24,000 nt of DNA from Herbiconiux sp. SYSU D00978 (GTDB lineage: Bacteria; Actinomycetota; Actinomycetes; Actinomycetales; Microbacteriaceae): NCBI RefSeq assembly GCF_017355965.1, contig NZ_JAFIQW010000003.1:1-24000 (forward strand), read 5' to 3'. Of the stretch, positions 15,971 through 24,000 are shown piece by piece (position 1 is the stretch's first letter; each line of letters begins with the position of its first letter). Both the position numbers and the translations under genes were made by a program. The notes below the pieces were generated by a model. The model did no database searches. It worked only from the letters and a program-made list of their open reading frames with translations, and was not told the DNA's origin.

Positions 15971-17673
15971 GAGGCGGCCTCGGCGGAGCGCCAGCGGTGC
16001 GACGAGTCGTTGCCCGCCGCGCGCACAGCGCCCGTGGCGACCTCGTCGAAAAAGCGTTGCGCGTCGGCGTCGTCGAGAGCGCCGATCGCGCTCGAGATCG
16101 GCCCGGCGACCGTGTGCACGTGCACGCCCGCGAGCCGGAGCGCGCGAAGGAGCGGTCCGCGGCGGATCGCCACGCTCTGCACGCGGGGCAGCGGCACGAG
16201 CACGAGCTCCCGCCAGAGCCAGCCGCGGCGCAGCGCGACGACGTCGGGCAGCAGCGCGAAGCCGTTGCGGCGGCGGCTGAACCACCGCAGCACGCGCGCG
16301 CGGCGCGGCGAGTTGGTGAACGGGTCATCCGGCTCACCGCCCTTCGCGGCGGCGGCCCGCTGCACGGTCGCGGCGTCGAAGCCGGGCAGCATGAGCTCGA
16401 GCACGCGGACGGCGTCGTCGAGCGTGCCGACCGGCAGCACGAGCGAGCGCGTCTGCTGCTGCTGGGCGTTGGTCGACGAGCGCGAGGCGCGGTTGACGCG
16501 GATCGCCCACCAGCCGAAGGGGCGCCACAGCAGTCCCTGCGAGAGCTGCACGGAGTGCACGCGACCCGGAGGCAGGGTGTCGTTGGTGGTCGAGAGCAGC
16601 CCGTAGCCGACGCGGAGCCCGTCGCGGGTGCCGGCGACGGAGTAGCGCAGGCCCGAGGTGATCCGGTTGACGAGGTAGGTACCGAGACCGAGCAGCGCCG
16701 GAAGCGCGCCGAAGACGGCGATCGGCTCGCCCGTGACGAGCGAGACGATGCCGAGGCCGGCGAGCACGGCGAGCACCGAGAGCGTGCCGCTCGACAGCAG
16801 CACGGAACCGATCAGCCGGCCGGGGGTGATGCGCACGACCGACTCGGCCGCGGCCTCGGCGGGATCGAGCTCGGGCGCGAGCAGCTCCTGCACGCGCGCC
16901 TCGACGAGACCGGGCACGCCGTTGGGCGCCGCCGGGGCCGCGGCCGCCGCGGCGCGCTGCGCTCCGGATGCCAGGGCGAGCACGTCGCGGCGCAGCGCGT
17001 CGGCCTCGTGCCCGCGCAGGTACGACAGCTGCACGTTCGCGTCGTCGCCCGCCTGCTCGATCTCGAGCTTGGCGGCGCCGAAGAGTCGCGCGAAGAAGGG
17101 CCGCTGGATGTGCACGCCCTGGATGCGGTCGAGCCGCGCGCGCCGGTTCGTGCGCATGAGCACGCCCTGCCGCACCTCGACGATCTCCGCGGTGATGCGG
17201 AAGGTGTGGAAGCGCCACGACAGCCAGAAGAAGAACACGACGACGAGCACGACGCCGAGGGTCGCGAGCAGCGCCCAGAACAGGAGGCCCTCGCCCACGA
17301 GGAACTCGACGGGGTCGCCCGAGTAGTCCTCGTCGCGGTACATCGGTAGGAAGCCCTCGATGAACCGGTCGCGCAGGTTGGTGATGAGGAAGCCGACGAT
17401 CGCGATGAGGGCGATGCCGCCGCGCAGCAGCGGGGTGGCCGGGTGCAGCCGGTGCCACTCGCCGTCGGCGAGCGAGGTCGTGAGCGGCGCGGTGGCCAGG
17501 GACTGGAGGGGCTGGGGCTGCTGTGCTTCGAAACCCGCACCCTCCGTGCGGGGGTTACCGGCTGGAAGCGGCCCCGCGAGGTCGGCTCCGCGTCCCTCGG
17601 TGAGCGGGCTGCCGAGTCCTTCGCGCTCCTCGGGGCGCTGGGTGTCCGAGCGCGGCGGTAGCGGCTCGGTCAC
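15967..17673 (-). CDS. YdbT-like membrane protein with repeated bacterial PH (bPH_2) domains.
   Basis: 568 aa. TM hairpins alternate with repeats of the type RLDRIQGVHIQRPFFARLFG / PPGRVHSVQLSQGLLWRPFG / PLPRVQSVAIRRGPLLRALR, which are characteristic of bPH_2. Confidence 0.85.
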   Translation of the reverse strand: MTEPLPPRSDTQRPEEREGLGSPLTEGRGADLAGPLPAGNPRTEGAGFEAQQPQPLQSLATAPLTTSLADGEWHRLHPATPLLRGGIALIAIVGFLITNLRDRFIEGFLPMYRDEDYSGDPVEFLVGEGLLFWALLATLGVVLVVVFFFWLSWRFHTFRITAEIVEVRQGVLMRTNRRARLDRIQGVHIQRPFFARLFGAAKLEIEQAGDDANVQLSYLRGHEADALRRDVLALASGAQRAAAAAAPAAPNGVPGLVEARVQELLAPELDPAEAAAESVVRITPGRLIGSVLLSSGTLSVLAVLAGLGIVSLVTGEPIAVFGALPALLGLGTYLVNRITSGLRYSVAGTRDGLRVGYGLLSTTNDTLPPGRVHSVQLSQGLLWRPFGWWAIRVNRASRSSTNAQQQQTRSLVLPVGTLDDAVRVLELMLPGFDAATVQRAAAAKGGEPDDPFTNSPRRARVLRWFSRRRNGFALLPDVVALRRGWLWRELVLVPLPRVQSVAIRRGPLLRALRLAGVHVHTVAGPISSAIGALDDADAQRFFDEVATGAVRAAGNDSSHRWRSAEAAS

Positions 17674-18161
17674 AGGCCCGTCCGGCGGCTCTCGGCCAGG
17701 GCGACGAGGCGGTCGCGCAGGTCATCCGCCTCCTCTGCCGGCAGGCCGGGAAGCAGGATGTTGCTCGACGCCGCCGCCGTCACGAACTTCAGCTCGCTGA
17801 GCCCGAAGGCGCGGGCGATCGGTCCGCGGTTGACGTCGACGAGCTGCATCCGCCCGTACGGCACGGCGACGAGGCGGGTGAACATGATGCCGCGGCGCAC
17901 GAGCAGGTCGTCGGCACGCAGGGCGTAGCGGATCGAGCGGATGCGGCGGGGCGTCAGCACGAGCACGACGAGGTGCACGAGCAGCACCGCCGCCGACGGG
18001 ATCAGCGCCCACGGCTCCTGGATGAGCCAGTAGGGCACGGTCGCTGCGGCGGTGAAGATCAGCGCCGAGACCGCCGTGCCGATGAGGTCGACCGCGATGT
18101 ACTTCGGGGAGACCCCGTGCCACTCGATCTCGGTGGGCCGGGTCACTGCCGTCTCTGTCAC
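17670..18161 (-). CDS. YdbS-like PH-domain membrane protein.
   Basis: 163 aa. Two TM helices followed by VPYGRMQLVDVNRGPIARAFGLSEL (bPH_2). SD GGAGAGG lies 5 nt upstream of the GTG. GTGA overlap with the next gene. Confidence 0.85.
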   Translation of the reverse strand: MTETAVTRPTEIEWHGVSPKYIAVDLIGTAVSALIFTAAATVPYWLIQEPWALIPSAAVLLVHLVVLVLTPRRIRSIRYALRADDLLVRRGIMFTRLVAVPYGRMQLVDVNRGPIARAFGLSELKFVTAAASSNILLPGLPAEEADDLRDRLVALAESRRTGL

Positions 18162-18181
18162 GTCCGCCTCTCCAGCGTGTA

Positions 18182-18667
18182 CTACGGCTGCACCCTCACC
18201 GGGCGGCCGTCGTCATCCTCGTCCTCGTCCTCGTCGTCGGGTGGGACGCGGCACATCTGCTCGGCGAGCAGGCCGCCGGCGAGCAGCAGGATCGCGCCGA
18301 TGACGCTCGCCCCCGCCTGCCCGACAGAGCCTACCGTCGGCACCGGACGGGTGAGCAGGTAGGCGAGCACACCGCCGGCGAAGCCGGTGAGCAGCGCGCC
18401 GCTGAGCGACGACGCCTTCGCCAGCAGCACGACGCGCGTCGCGTAGAGCGGGTCGATGCGCGCCTTCGTCCTGCCGCGGGCGACCTGCCGCACGGGCAGC
18501 GCGAGGCTCACGACGATCACGGCGACCGCGGCGAGGGCGAGGGCAAGCGTGTACGGCATCGGGAAGACCGGCTGACCGGATGCCGCGAGGGCGGTCTGCA
18601 GCAGCCAGCCGAGCCCCGCGCCGAGCACGGCGAGGAGCACCAGGGTGAGGGGACGCGTCGTGGTCAC
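18182..18667 (-). CDS. DUF3180-like integral membrane protein (Rv3605c position).
   Basis: 161 aa from GTG 18667, which forms a GTGA overlap with the folK stop. Four hydrophobic helices and an acidic tail PPDDEDEDEDDDG. Confidence 0.75.
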   Translation of the reverse strand: MTTTRPLTLVLLAVLGAGLGWLLQTALAASGQPVFPMPYTLALALAAVAVIVVSLALPVRQVARGRTKARIDPLYATRVVLLAKASSLSGALLTGFAGGVLAYLLTRPVPTVGSVGQAGASVIGAILLLAGGLLAEQMCRVPPDDEDEDEDDDGRPVRVQP

Positions 18668-19140
18668 GGCTGGGCCTCCAGGGCGGCGAGCAGTCGGGCG
18701 ACCGGGCCGCGCCCGGGCAGTTCGGCGGTGGGGTCGATCTCGAGCCACGGCCGGAGGACGAAGTCGCGCTCGTGCGCGCGCGGGTGCGGCAGCTGCAGCC
18801 GGTCGACGTCGCGGCGCTCGTCGCCGAACACGATGATGTCGAGGTCGAGCGTGCGGTCGCCCCAGCGCTCGGCGCGCACGCGCCCGAAGTGCTGCTCGAT
18901 GTCCATGAGGCGATCCAACAGCTGCTCGGGCGTGAGCGCGACCTCCGCCGTCAGCGCGGCGTTGAGGTAGGCGGGTGCGCTCTCGTCGACGCCGTGCGGC
19001 TTGAGCGCGGCGGTCTCGTGGAAGGAGCTGATCGCGGTGAGCTCGACCCCGCCGAGTTCCGCGATGGCCCGGACCGCGTCGGCCAGGATGCGGGACCGGT
19101 CGCCGAGGTTGCTGCCGAGCGCGATGACGGCGGCGGTCAT
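18664..19140 (-). CDS. folK: 2-amino-4-hydroxy-6-hydroxymethyldihydropterin pyrophosphokinase (HPPK).
   Basis: 158 aa from ATG 19140. Motifs IALGSNLGD, DLDII, LPHPRAHERDFVL. ATGA overlap with the folP stop. Confidence 0.93.
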   Translation of the reverse strand: MTAAVIALGSNLGDRSRILADAVRAIAELGGVELTAISSFHETAALKPHGVDESAPAYLNAALTAEVALTPEQLLDRLMDIEQHFGRVRAERWGDRTLDLDIIVFGDERRDVDRLQLPHPRAHERDFVLRPWLEIDPTAELPGRGPVARLLAALEAQP

Positions 19141-20000
19141 CGCGTCGCCTCCGCGCCGCGGCGCCAAGCGGCGGCCACGTCGAGCGCCGCGACCGTCGAG
19201 GCGACGTCGTGCACGCGCACCGCCCACGCGCCGGATGTCGCGGAGAGCGCGCTGACGACGGCGGTGCCGAGGTCGCGCTGCTCGACGGGGGCACCGTCCG
19301 GCAGCAGCGCGCCGAGGAACCGCTTGCGGGAGGCGCCGATCAGCAGGGGGAAGCCGAGACTCTGCAGTTCCGTCATCCGGCCGAGCAACTGCCAGTTGTG
19401 GTCGGCGTCCTTGGCGAAGCCGAGTCCGGGGTCAAGCACGAGCTTCGCCGGGTCGAGGCCTGCGGCGAGCAGCGCCTCGACCCGCGCGCCGAGTTCGCGG
19501 CGCACGTCGGCGACGACGTCGTCGTAGATCGCGCGCGAGGTCATCGTGTCGCTGTGGCCGCGCCAGTGCATCGCGACGAACGGCACCTGGGCGTTGGCCG
19601 CGACGGGCACGATGCCGGGATCGGCGAGCCCGCCGGAGACATCGTTGACGATCGTGGCACCGGCCTCGAGGGCGGCGGCCGCGGTCGAGGCGCGCATGGT
19701 GTCGATGGAGACGCGGATGCCGCGCGCGGCGAGCTCGCGGATGACCGGCACGACGCGGTCGGCCTCCTCCCCGGCATCCGTGCGGGCCGCGCCGGGCCTC
19801 GTGGTCTCGCCGCCGACGTCGATCACGTCGGCACCCTGGGCGCTGAGCTCCAGCCCGCGGGCGATTGCCGCGTCCGGGTCGAGGAAGCGCCCGCCGTCGC
19901 TGAACGAGTCGGGCGTCACGTTGAGCACGCCGAAGACCAGCGGGCGCACGAGAGCAGGCGACCCCTCGGGGGTCGCCTGCTGCGTCGTATGGACGGTCAC
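19137..20000 (-). CDS. folP: Dihydropteroate synthase.
   Basis: 287 aa from GTG 20000. Motifs GVLNVTPDSFSDGG, IDVGGETTRPG, NDVSGG, GASRKRF. The start lies 1 nt after the ftsH stop; a later GTG (VRPLVFG...) is possible. Confidence 0.92.
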   Translation of the reverse strand: MTVHTTQQATPEGSPALVRPLVFGVLNVTPDSFSDGGRFLDPDAAIARGLELSAQGADVIDVGGETTRPGAARTDAGEEADRVVPVIRELAARGIRVSIDTMRASTAAAALEAGATIVNDVSGGLADPGIVPVAANAQVPFVAMHWRGHSDTMTSRAIYDDVVADVRRELGARVEALLAAGLDPAKLVLDPGLGFAKDADHNWQLLGRMTELQSLGFPLLIGASRKRFLGALLPDGAPVEQRDLGTAVVSALSATSGAWAVRVHDVASTVAALDVAAAWRRGAEATR

Positions 20001-20001
20001 C

Positions 20002-21996
20002 CTAGGCGGTGGCGATGCCCGGGTTGCGGCGCGGGATGCGCCGCGGACGGCTCGGCTCGGAGTCGACACCGCCGTCGACGGCCTCGCCGTCGACCGGAGC
20101 CTTGGCCGGGATCTGCACGGGCGGCAGGTCGCTGATCGGCCGGTTCCGGCTGGACAGCCACTGCGGGCGCTCGTCGAGCTTCTTGACATCCGCGAAGATC
20201 TCGGCGAGCTCGTCGTGGTCGAGCGTCTCCTTCTCCAGCAGCGCCGTCGCCAGGCGGTCGAGGATGTCGCGGTTGGCGGTGATGACCTTGTAGGCCTCGT
20301 CGTGGGCCTGCTCGATGAGCAGTCGCACCTCGGCGTCGACCTGCTCGGCGATCTGCTCGGAGTAGTCGCGCTGGTGCCCCATGTCGCGGCCGAGGAAGAC
20401 CTCGCCCTGCGACTGACCCAGCTTCACGGCGCCGACGTTCGCGCTCATGCCGTACTCGGTGACCATCTTGCGGGCCGTCGCGGTGGCCTTCTCGATGTCG
20501 TTCGAGGCGCCGGTGGTGGGGTCGTGGAACACGACCTCCTCGGCGACGCGGCCGCCCATCGCGTAGGCGAGCTGGTCGAGCAGCTCGTTGCGGGTGACCG
20601 AGTACTTGTCCTCGAGCGGAAGCACCATCGTGTAGCCGAGGGCACGGCCGCGGGGCAGGATCGTGACCTTCGTGACGGGGTCGGTGTGCCGCATCGCCGC
20701 CGCCGCGAGGGCGTGGCCGCCCTCGTGGTACGCCGTGATGAGGCGCTCCTTGTCGTTCATCACCCGCGAGCGGCGCTGCGGGCCGGCCATCACGCGGTCG
20801 ACGGCCTCGTCGAGGGCGCGGTTGTCGATGAGCTGGGCGCCGGCGCGCGCGGTGAGCAGCGCGGCCTCGTTGAGCACGTTCGCGAGGTCGGCACCGGTGA
20901 AGCCGGGCGTCTTGCGGGCGAGCACGGCGAGGTCGACGCTCTTGGCGAGCGGCTTGCCCTTGCCGTGCACCTCGAGGATGCGCTGACGGCCGGGCAGGTC
21001 GGGGGCGTCGACGCCGATCTGGCGGTCGAAGCGGCCCGGGCGCAGCAGGGCCGGGTCGAGGATGTCGGGACGGTTCGTCGCCGCGATCAGGATGACGTTC
21101 GTCTTGACGTCGAAGCCGTCCATCTCGACGAGCAGCTGGTTGAGGGTCTGCTCGCGCTCGTCGTGGCCTCCGCCGAGTCCGGCGCCGCGGTGACGACCGA
21201 CGGCGTCGATCTCGTCGACGAAGATGATCGCCGGGGAGTTCTGCTTCGCCTGCTCGAACAGGTCGCGCACGCGGCTGGCGCCGACACCGACGAACATCTC
21301 GACGAAGTCGGAGCCGGAGATCGAGTAGAACGGCACGCCCGCCTCACCCGCGACCGCGCGGGCGAGCAGCGTCTTGCCGGTGCCGGGAGGGCCGTACAGC
21401 AGCACGCCCTTGGGGATGCGGGCGCCGACCGCCTGGAAGCGCGACGGGTCCTTGAGGAAGTCCTTGATCTCCTGGAGCTCCTCGATCGCCTCATTGGCGC
21501 CGGCGACGTCGGCGAAGGTAACCTTCGGGGTCTCCTTCGAGACGAGCTTCGCCTTCGACTTGCCGAACTGCATGACGCGGTTGCCGCCGCCCTGCATGCT
21601 CGAGAGCAGGAACCAGAAGATCACGCCGATGATGAGGAACGGCAGGATGATGCCGAGCAGCGAGGTGAACCAGTTCGTCTGCGGAACCTCGTCGTCGAAG
21701 CTCTGCAGGTTGGCGGCGTCGATCGCCGCGATGACGTCTTCGCCGCGGGGCTCGACGTAGTAGAACTGCACCTGCTGGCCCTGCTCGCCCGCCTCGTTGA
21801 GCGTGAGGTCGACGCGCTGCTCGCCGTCGACCACGGTGGCCGACTCGACGGCGCCGGACTCGAGGTACTCGAGTCCCTGCTGGGTGGTGATCGTGCGGAA
21901 GCCGGAGCCCGTCAGCAGGCTCGAGCCGACCCACACGGCGATGATGGCGAGCACGATCCAGACGATCGGGCCGCGGAAGATGCGCTTGAAGTCCAT
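20002..21996 (-). CDS. ftsH: ATP-dependent zinc metalloprotease FtsH.
   Basis: 664 aa. Two N-terminal TM segments, Walker [22 protein letters not shown] region, and zinc site HEGGHAL. Confidence 0.97.
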   Translation of the reverse strand: MDFKRIFRGPIVWIVLAIIAVWVGSSLLTGSGFRTITTQQGLEYLESGAVESATVVDGEQRVDLTLNEAGEQGQQVQFYYVEPRGEDVIAAIDAANLQSFDDEVPQTNWFTSLLGIILPFLIIGVIFWFLLSSMQGGGNRVMQFGKSKAKLVSKETPKVTFADVAGANEAIEELQEIKDFLKDPSRFQAVGARIPKGVLLYGPPGTGKTLLARAVAGEAGVPFYSISGSDFVEMFVGVGASRVRDLFEQAKQNSPAIIFVDEIDAVGRHRGAGLGGGHDEREQTLNQLLVEMDGFDVKTNVILIAATNRPDILDPALLRPGRFDRQIGVDAPDLPGRQRILEVHGKGKPLAKSVDLAVLARKTPGFTGADLANVLNEAALLTARAGAQLIDNRALDEAVDRVMAGPQRRSRVMNDKERLITAYHEGGHALAAAAMRHTDPVTKVTILPRGRALGYTMVLPLEDKYSVTRNELLDQLAYAMGGRVAEEVVFHDPTTGASNDIEKATATARKMVTEYGMSANVGAVKLGQSQGEVFLGRDMGHQRDYSEQIAEQVDAEVRLLIEQAHDEAYKVITANRDILDRLATALLEKETLDHDELAEIFADVKKLDERPQWLSSRNRPISDLPPVQIPAKAPVDGEAVDGGVDSEPSRPRRIPRRNPGIATA

Positions 21997-22052
21997 TAGT
22001 TCCCTCGGGGTGCGGGGACCCCGATCGCCTTCCTGACGAGAAATGTGCAGTC

Positions 22053-22099
22053 AGAGTACCCCGCCGACACTGGGCGGCCAGTGGGTGTTCGCTGGCGGC
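22053..22099 (-). promoter_or_regulatory. Putative ftsH promoter with the same architecture as the clpC promoter.
   Basis: On the minus strand: GCCGCCAGCGAACA (22099..22086), 27 nt, TACTCT (22058..22053). The 14-mer, spacer length and -10 hexamer are identical to 3017..2971. Confidence 0.4.
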
Positions 22100-22196
22100 A
22101 GAGCGGGCGTTTACCCCGGTGACACCAAGAATGTCGGAGGCGCTGGGCCGCGCGCCAGCGGGCGTTCCGCGGCGCCGGCCGAGGGATTCTCGGCGC

Positions 22197-22763
22197 CTAC
22201 GCCTCGGCGTTCTCGTACACGTGCGGCGCGAGCACGCCGATGCCGGCGAGGTTGCGGTAGCGCTCGGCGTAGTCGAGGCCGTAGCCGACGACGAAGGCGT
22301 TGGGGATCTCGAAGCCCACGTACTTGCAGTCGACCTGCACCTTCGCCGCCTCGGGCTTGCGCAGGAAGGCGCAGATCTCGACCGACTCGGCACCGCGGCT
22401 CTCGAGGTTCGCGCGCAGCCACGACAGGGTGAGACCGGAGTCGATGATGTCCTCGACGATCAGCACCTTGCGGCCGGTGAGGTCGGTGTCGAGGTCTTTC
22501 AGGATGCGCACGACGCCGGAGGACTGCGTGCCCGACCCGTAGGACGACACGGCCATCCAGTCCATCGTCAGGTGCAGCTTCAGCTCGCGGGCGAGGTCGG
22601 CCATGACCATGACCGCGCCCTTCAGCACGCCGACGAGCAGCACGTCGTCGTCATCGGTGTAGTCCGCCTCGATCTGACGGGCGAGCTCGGCGATTTTCGC
22701 CTTGATCTCCTCCTCGGAGATGAGCACCTCGGTGAGATCGGCCTCGACGGCGGCCAGGTCCAT
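22197..22763 (-). CDS. hpt: Hypoxanthine phosphoribosyltransferase.
   Basis: 188 aa. PRPP-binding loop [23 protein letters not shown] lies 5 nt upstream of the ATG, 12 nt after the tilS stop. Confidence 0.95.
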   Translation of the reverse strand: MDLAAVEADLTEVLISEEEIKAKIAELARQIEADYTDDDDVLLVGVLKGAVMVMADLARELKLHLTMDWMAVSSYGSGTQSSGVVRILKDLDTDLTGRKVLIVEDIIDSGLTLSWLRANLESRGAESVEICAFLRKPEAAKVQVDCKYVGFEIPNAFVVGYGLDYAERYRNLAGIGVLAPHVYENAEA

Positions 22764-22775
22764 TCGTTCTCCTTT

Positions 22776-23771
22776 TTACTGCTTCGCGGCGGCGGAGAAG
22801 ACGAGGCGCCCGCCGCGCCTCTCCACCCTAACGCCGGGCAGGTGCACGGCTCCCTGCCCCTTCCAATCGGTCACGAGCCGTGCCACCTCGAGCGTCTGCA
22901 CCCTCGACAGCGACACGGCGAACTCGCTCTGCACGACGAAGCGGATGATCCGCTGCCGCACGGCCGCGGGATTCGCGGCGAGCCCCGGAACGCTCAGCGA
23001 GATGCCGGCCTCGGCGTGATCGGCGAGGTCCTCGGCGACCTCCTCGGCGAGGTGCTGCAGAGCCGCGTCGTCCTCGCGCAGTTGCTCGGCCGTGCGGGCG
23101 AGAGCCTCGGCCACGCCGGGACCGAGCGACTCCTCGAGCACCGGCACGAGGTCGTGCCGCACCCGCACACGTGCGTACGTGCGGTCGTCGTTGTGGGGGT
23201 CGCGCCAGGGCGCGAGCCCCGCGTCGGCGCAGGCCTGCTCGGTCGTCGCACGCCGGATGCCGAGCAGCGGCCGCCGGAGCAGCCCGTTCACCGCGTCCAT
23301 CCCGTGCAGGCTCGCAGCGCCGCTCCCCCGCGCGAGACCGAGCAACACGGTCTCCGCCTGGTCGTCGAGCGTGTGGCCGAGCAGGATCGCGGCGGCGCCC
23401 GTCTCCGCCGCCGCCTCGGCGAGGGCGGCGTAGCGGGCGTCGCGAGCGGCGGCCTCCGGCCCGCCCGCCGAACCGACCGAGACGCGGCGCACGAGCACAG
23501 GCTCGAGCCCGAGGTCGCGGGCCTGCTGCGCGGCGCGCTCGGCGACCTCCGCCGAGTCAGGCTGCAGGGCGTGATCGACCACGATGGCGCCGGCGCGCAG
23601 GCCGGCGCGCGGGGCTTCGAAGGCGGTCGCGCCCGCGAGCGCGAGGGAGTCGGGCCCGCCCGAGAGCGCGACGAGGAGGAGCCCGCCCTGCGGGACATCC
23701 GTCACCGCCTCGCGCACGGCCCGCCGCACGTCGGCGACGGCCGGGGTCAGGCGGGGCCGGTCTGAGGGCAT
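22776..23771 (-). CDS. tilS: tRNA(Ile)-lysidine synthase.
   Basis: 331 aa. PP-loop [13 protein letters not shown]. Conserved position upstream of hpt-ftsH. Confidence 0.92.
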   Translation of the reverse strand: MPSDRPRLTPAVADVRRAVREAVTDVPQGGLLLVALSGGPDSLALAGATAFEAPRAGLRAGAIVVDHALQPDSAEVAERAAQQARDLGLEPVLVRRVSVGSAGGPEAAARDARYAALAEAAAETGAAAILLGHTLDDQAETVLLGLARGSGAASLHGMDAVNGLLRRPLLGIRRATTEQACADAGLAPWRDPHNDDRTYARVRVRHDLVPVLEESLGPGVAEALARTAEQLREDDAALQHLAEEVAEDLADHAEAGISLSVPGLAANPAAVRQRIIRFVVQSEFAVSLSRVQTLEVARLVTDWKGQGAVHLPGVRVERRGGRLVFSAAAKQ

Positions 23772-23774
23772 CCG

Positions 23775-23784
23775 ATAACGTTAT
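23775..23784. promoter_or_regulatory. Perfect 10-bp palindrome ATAACGTTAT in the tilS/ppa divergent gap, giving a TAACGT -10 box on both strands.
   Basis: The minus-strand TAACGT (23783..23778) lies 6 nt upstream of the tilS ATG 23771. The plus-strand TAACGT (23776..23781) lies about 38 nt upstream of the ppa ATG, which has SD AAGGAG at 23807..23812. Confidence 0.4.
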
Positions 23785-23819
23785 TGGGATTTTCCACCGG
23801 ACATAAAAGGAGCAGCCGC

Positions 23820-24000
23820 ATGGGCGCCTATGACGTCGTCGTCGAGATCCCGAAGGGGAGCCGCAACAAGTACGAGGTCGACCACGAGACCGGACGCGTC
23901 TACCTCGACCGCGTTCTGTTCACGCAGTTCGTCTACCCGACCGACTACGGCTACTTCGAGAACACCCTCGGCCTCGACGGTGACCCGGTCGACGCGCTCG
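23820..24000 (+). CDS. ppa: Inorganic pyrophosphatase, 5' partial (runs off the right edge).
   Basis: [60 protein letters not shown] is a family I PPase N-terminus. SD AAGGAG lies 7 nt upstream. It is absent from the ORF track because no stop codon lies within the window. Confidence 0.93.
   Translation, partial: MGAYDVVVEIPKGSRNKYEVDHETGRVYLDRVLFTQFVYPTDYGYFENTLGLDGDPVDAL

Noticed and set aside
14370-16337. N-terminal extensions in the ORF track: panC drawn to 16337, DUF3180 to 19294, folK to 19227, folP to 20189, the methyltransferase to 5838, the HTH gene as 2955..4004, and the 57-aa peptide as 5768..6223.
   Set aside because: The extended parts run through upstream genes or intergenic DNA with RP-rich nonsense translation. 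Internal GTG/ATG starts that form GTGA/ATGA overlaps or follow an SD give normal family-length proteins.
18185-18235. The GAC/GAG-rich tract encoding the DDEDEDEDDDG tail of the DUF3180 protein, considered as a DNA-level repeat of interest.
   Set aside because: It is in frame and simply encodes an acidic C-terminal tail. No higher-order repeat structure is present.
1-24000. A mobile element, prophage, toxin-antitoxin module or defence island somewhere in the window.
   Set aside because: No integrase, transposase, recombinase, nuclease/helicase defence domains, terminal inverted repeats or tRNA attachment site were seen. Composition is uniform apart from short intergenic patches.

Overview
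This is a high-GC actinobacterial chromosomal segment; real genes have third codon positions almost entirely G/C, and the taxon guess (Micrococcales-like) is only a guess. Nearly all genes are on the minus strand. Their order follows the conserved block known from M. tuberculosis Rv3628..Rv3596c: ppa (+, partial), then tilS-hpt-ftsH-folP-folK-DUF3180-YdbS/YdbT-like PH-domain pair-Rossmann/DUF2520-panC-lysS, and finally clpC. Many junctions are 4-nt GTGA/ATGA overlaps, which suggests one long translationally coupled operon. The block differs from the mycobacterial order in four ways: no folE between ftsH and folP, no folB between folP and folK, no panD/coaX after panC, and no lsr2 next to clpC. 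In place of lsr2, about 9.9 kb lies between lysS and clpC. It holds a 36-aa micro-ORF, a secreted M14 carboxypeptidase, a 970-aa kinase/aminotransferase-fold fusion, a CitE-like lyase, a 57-aa membrane peptide, a SAM methyltransferase, a pirin, and a DUF2975 + YozG-type HTH pair. I saw no rRNA, tRNA, CRISPR array, transposase, integrase or recognisable defence system. The most interesting signals are non-coding. (1) A roughly 200-nt, lower-GC, hairpin-rich untranslated leader or ncRNA at the left edge has its own promoter and fits no riboswitch class I recognise. (2) An identical 14-mer sits exactly 27 nt upstream of an identical TACTCT -10 box in front of both AAA+ protease genes, clpC and ftsH; it resembles a ClgR-type activator site. 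(3) Four genes carry a TANNNT box 6-7 nt upstream of the start codon, suggesting leaderless transcripts. (4) Several small oddities: two micro-ORFs, a 26-bp tandem duplication across a stop codon, and an AT-rich hairpin containing an exact Illumina-adapter 13-mer. All coordinates were anchored by hand against the supplied ORF track, and no database search was possible.
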